Shown here: positions 62,158 to 64,000 of the stretch, in pieces | How positions within the stretch are numbered: position 1 is the stretch's first letter | How the letters are laid out: every line of letters starts with the position of its first letter | NCBI GenBank assembly: GCA_020536535.1 | Contig: JAHLWZ010000693.1 | Span: 1-64,000 of the forward strand | Length of the DNA: 64,000 bases | Reading direction: 5' to 3' | DNA from: Pelomyxa schiedti | Lineage: Eukaryota; Protista; Evosea | Translations under genes and position numbers: made by a program | The notes under the pieces: generated by a model | What the model was told of the DNA's origin: nothing | Database searches by the model: none | What the model saw: only the letters and a program-made list of their open reading frames with translations

Positions 62158-63926
62158 TTAAAAGGCTCTCCAGACAGCTGGAGCAGCGGCGTTGGACCTT
62201 GTTAGTGTCTCTGGCTCGAGAGCTGCATCAGTCAGAGTCTTGTTCATCATCAGAACCTTGCCACCAACTATGGTGGTATCCACGTCTGAAGAACTCATTC
62301 CAAATTGCATGTGCCATGGCATGTTGCCCATTGTCATTGGTGTGGGTGGGTGATAATCGACAAGGATGATGTCAGCAAAGGCCCCTAACGAAGAAACGTT
62401 TGATTGGGATTCAGGGGCGAAACAAAAGCAAACCTGGCTTCAGCACTCCAACAGGTTTTGAGAAAAACTTGGAAGCAATCTTGGAGTTGTTCTCCATCAG
62501 CAACTGGAAGGTTTCTTGTCCTGCAACGCGTGGATCCCGAGTGTTGAACTTGTGAATGAGATAATTGGTCTTGTACTCCTGAAGCATGTCGTAAGTCATA
62601 CCGTCGGTTCCCAGGCCGACAAGAATCCCTGTTTTGTGTCAGAATCCCCCGCATCCATCGACAGAGAGAATACCTTTCCCCATCATCTTGAGAATGTTGG
62701 GTATTCCAACAGCATTATTCATGTTTGATTCAGGGTTTGTTACTAGCGTGGTACTTGTAGCCTTGAGTATATCCATCTCATCTTCATCCAAGAAGACTCC
62801 ATGTCCAACAATGGTATTTGCCCCAAGAATTCCTGCATCCCGCAGTCTGCAGAAAAAGACATTTAGTTTAATGGAGTAACTTGTCAGCCAAATTATTGAA
62901 TACCTGTGCACTACCCTTTTACCGTGGGTAGCAACGCACTGGTCCTCGTCATGCTGGCCCTCAGCAACGTGTACGTGAAACCCCACTGTTGAAGCGTGTG
63001 TGCTCTTAAGAGCTTCAACGCAAGAGGCTAGTGTCTTGTCAGAAACGGTAAACGACGCATGTATTCCAAATGAGGCAGCTGCAAAAAGGTGTGATAAGGG
63101 AAATTAATTCAGTCACTGAATCTAGTTACCTAGAAGCGGGTGAGGGTTTGTAAGACAACGGGTGATGAATCTGGCATTCTCTGCAATCCCCTTGGCTGCC
63201 CCTTCGTCACCATTCCTGTCAGTAACTTCATAGCAAAGACTTGAACGAACACCTTAGAAAAGTTACTGCTGATAACCTGTAACAAAGATGTACCAGATCT
63301 CAGAGCTGCATTAGCAATGAAGTCCAAGGAGTTTTCAATACAATTGGGGCTTGCGTGATGGTCCATGATGCAGGTGGTCCCTGTTTTCCCCCTCAGTAAA
63401 CTGGTGTATCCAAGAAAGAAGGCAAAATCACTTACCTGCCTTTATAGCCGCAATATAAAACACCATTGCACTCAGGTATGTGGACTCGGCGTCAAGTGCT
63501 TTATCAAGCCTCCACCACAATCTTTGTAGAACCTAGGTAGAATTACTTAGTTAATGGGTCAATATCATAATCTAAAGTTGTTGAAATACCTCCAAGAACG
63601 TTGAAGGAGCTTCATCCTTGAGAGCCATTCCCCTGGCATACATTCCATAGAAGTGGCCATGAGCGCATATAAACCCAGGCATGATGAGTTTACCCTTCGC
63701 GTCAATATTTCTGCATGCAGGGTGCCTTGCAACGAGGGCGTCACTGTCACCTGCCAAGCTGGCATTAGTTGTTTTTTTTTTCTCCCCTCTTCTCATTTCA
63801 TTTTGGGTGAATAGGAACCTATTTCGGAGATGGTGTCGCCAACCACGAAAACAGCGCCATGCTGTACAAGTTGGTGTGCCCCATTCTCGAAAGTCCACAC
63901 GAGTCCATTGCTAATGAGAAGTTCAC
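62158..63926 (-). CDS. ssnA: SsnA-like amidohydrolase (5' end may lie outside the window)
   Basis: MPGFICAHGHFYGMYARG, LWWRLDKALD, GTTCIMDHHASPN, CYEVTDRNG, GIHASFT, HVHVAEG, TNPESNMNNAVG, LGTDG; about 10 introns. Confidence 0.88.
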
Positions 63927-64000
63927 CTGTTGTTGTTTGCGAAGAAATATCTTAGATCCCCCCTACTTTCCCCCCATTTTTATGTTCCAATATTATCAGG

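Noticed and set aside
1-64000. tRNA, rRNA or transposase genes
   Set aside because: None recognised by eye; tRNAscan-SE, Infernal and repeat searches would be needed to exclude them.

Overview
Gene-dense eukaryotic (protist) DNA in the standard genetic code, with many short (about 30-70 nt) spliceosomal introns, tiny intergenic spacers and GC-rich gene 5' ends. The intron style, bacterial-type anaerobe enzymes and a recurrent 'HPRxGxxSP' motif suggest an anaerobic amoebozoan such as Pelomyxa (inference only). About 22 genes are recognisable. Housekeeping: p24/TMED, Tpt1, TRAPPC8, a 7x CCHC/RS protein, PDI, Top1, glycogen phosphorylase, Sen54, TECR, an RRM protein, TPR-SAM and INTS14. Accessory: an 11-kb intron-containing, AT-less hybrid NRPS-PKS (C-A-T-KS-[AT remnant]-DH-KR-ACP-TE), a 132-aa complexin-like CaaX protein, a Hint/Vint-domain protein, a Crinkler-like REase-kinase, GT25, a divergent GH28, a double beta-trefoil protein, a nitroreductase, a CUE + BPI/HAM1-like protein and SsnA. 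There is also a 218-bp direct repeat with five copies of a 25-bp motif. The NRPS-PKS and the complexin-like gene are the top candidates for novelty. Gene models were spliced by eye and no database searches were run.
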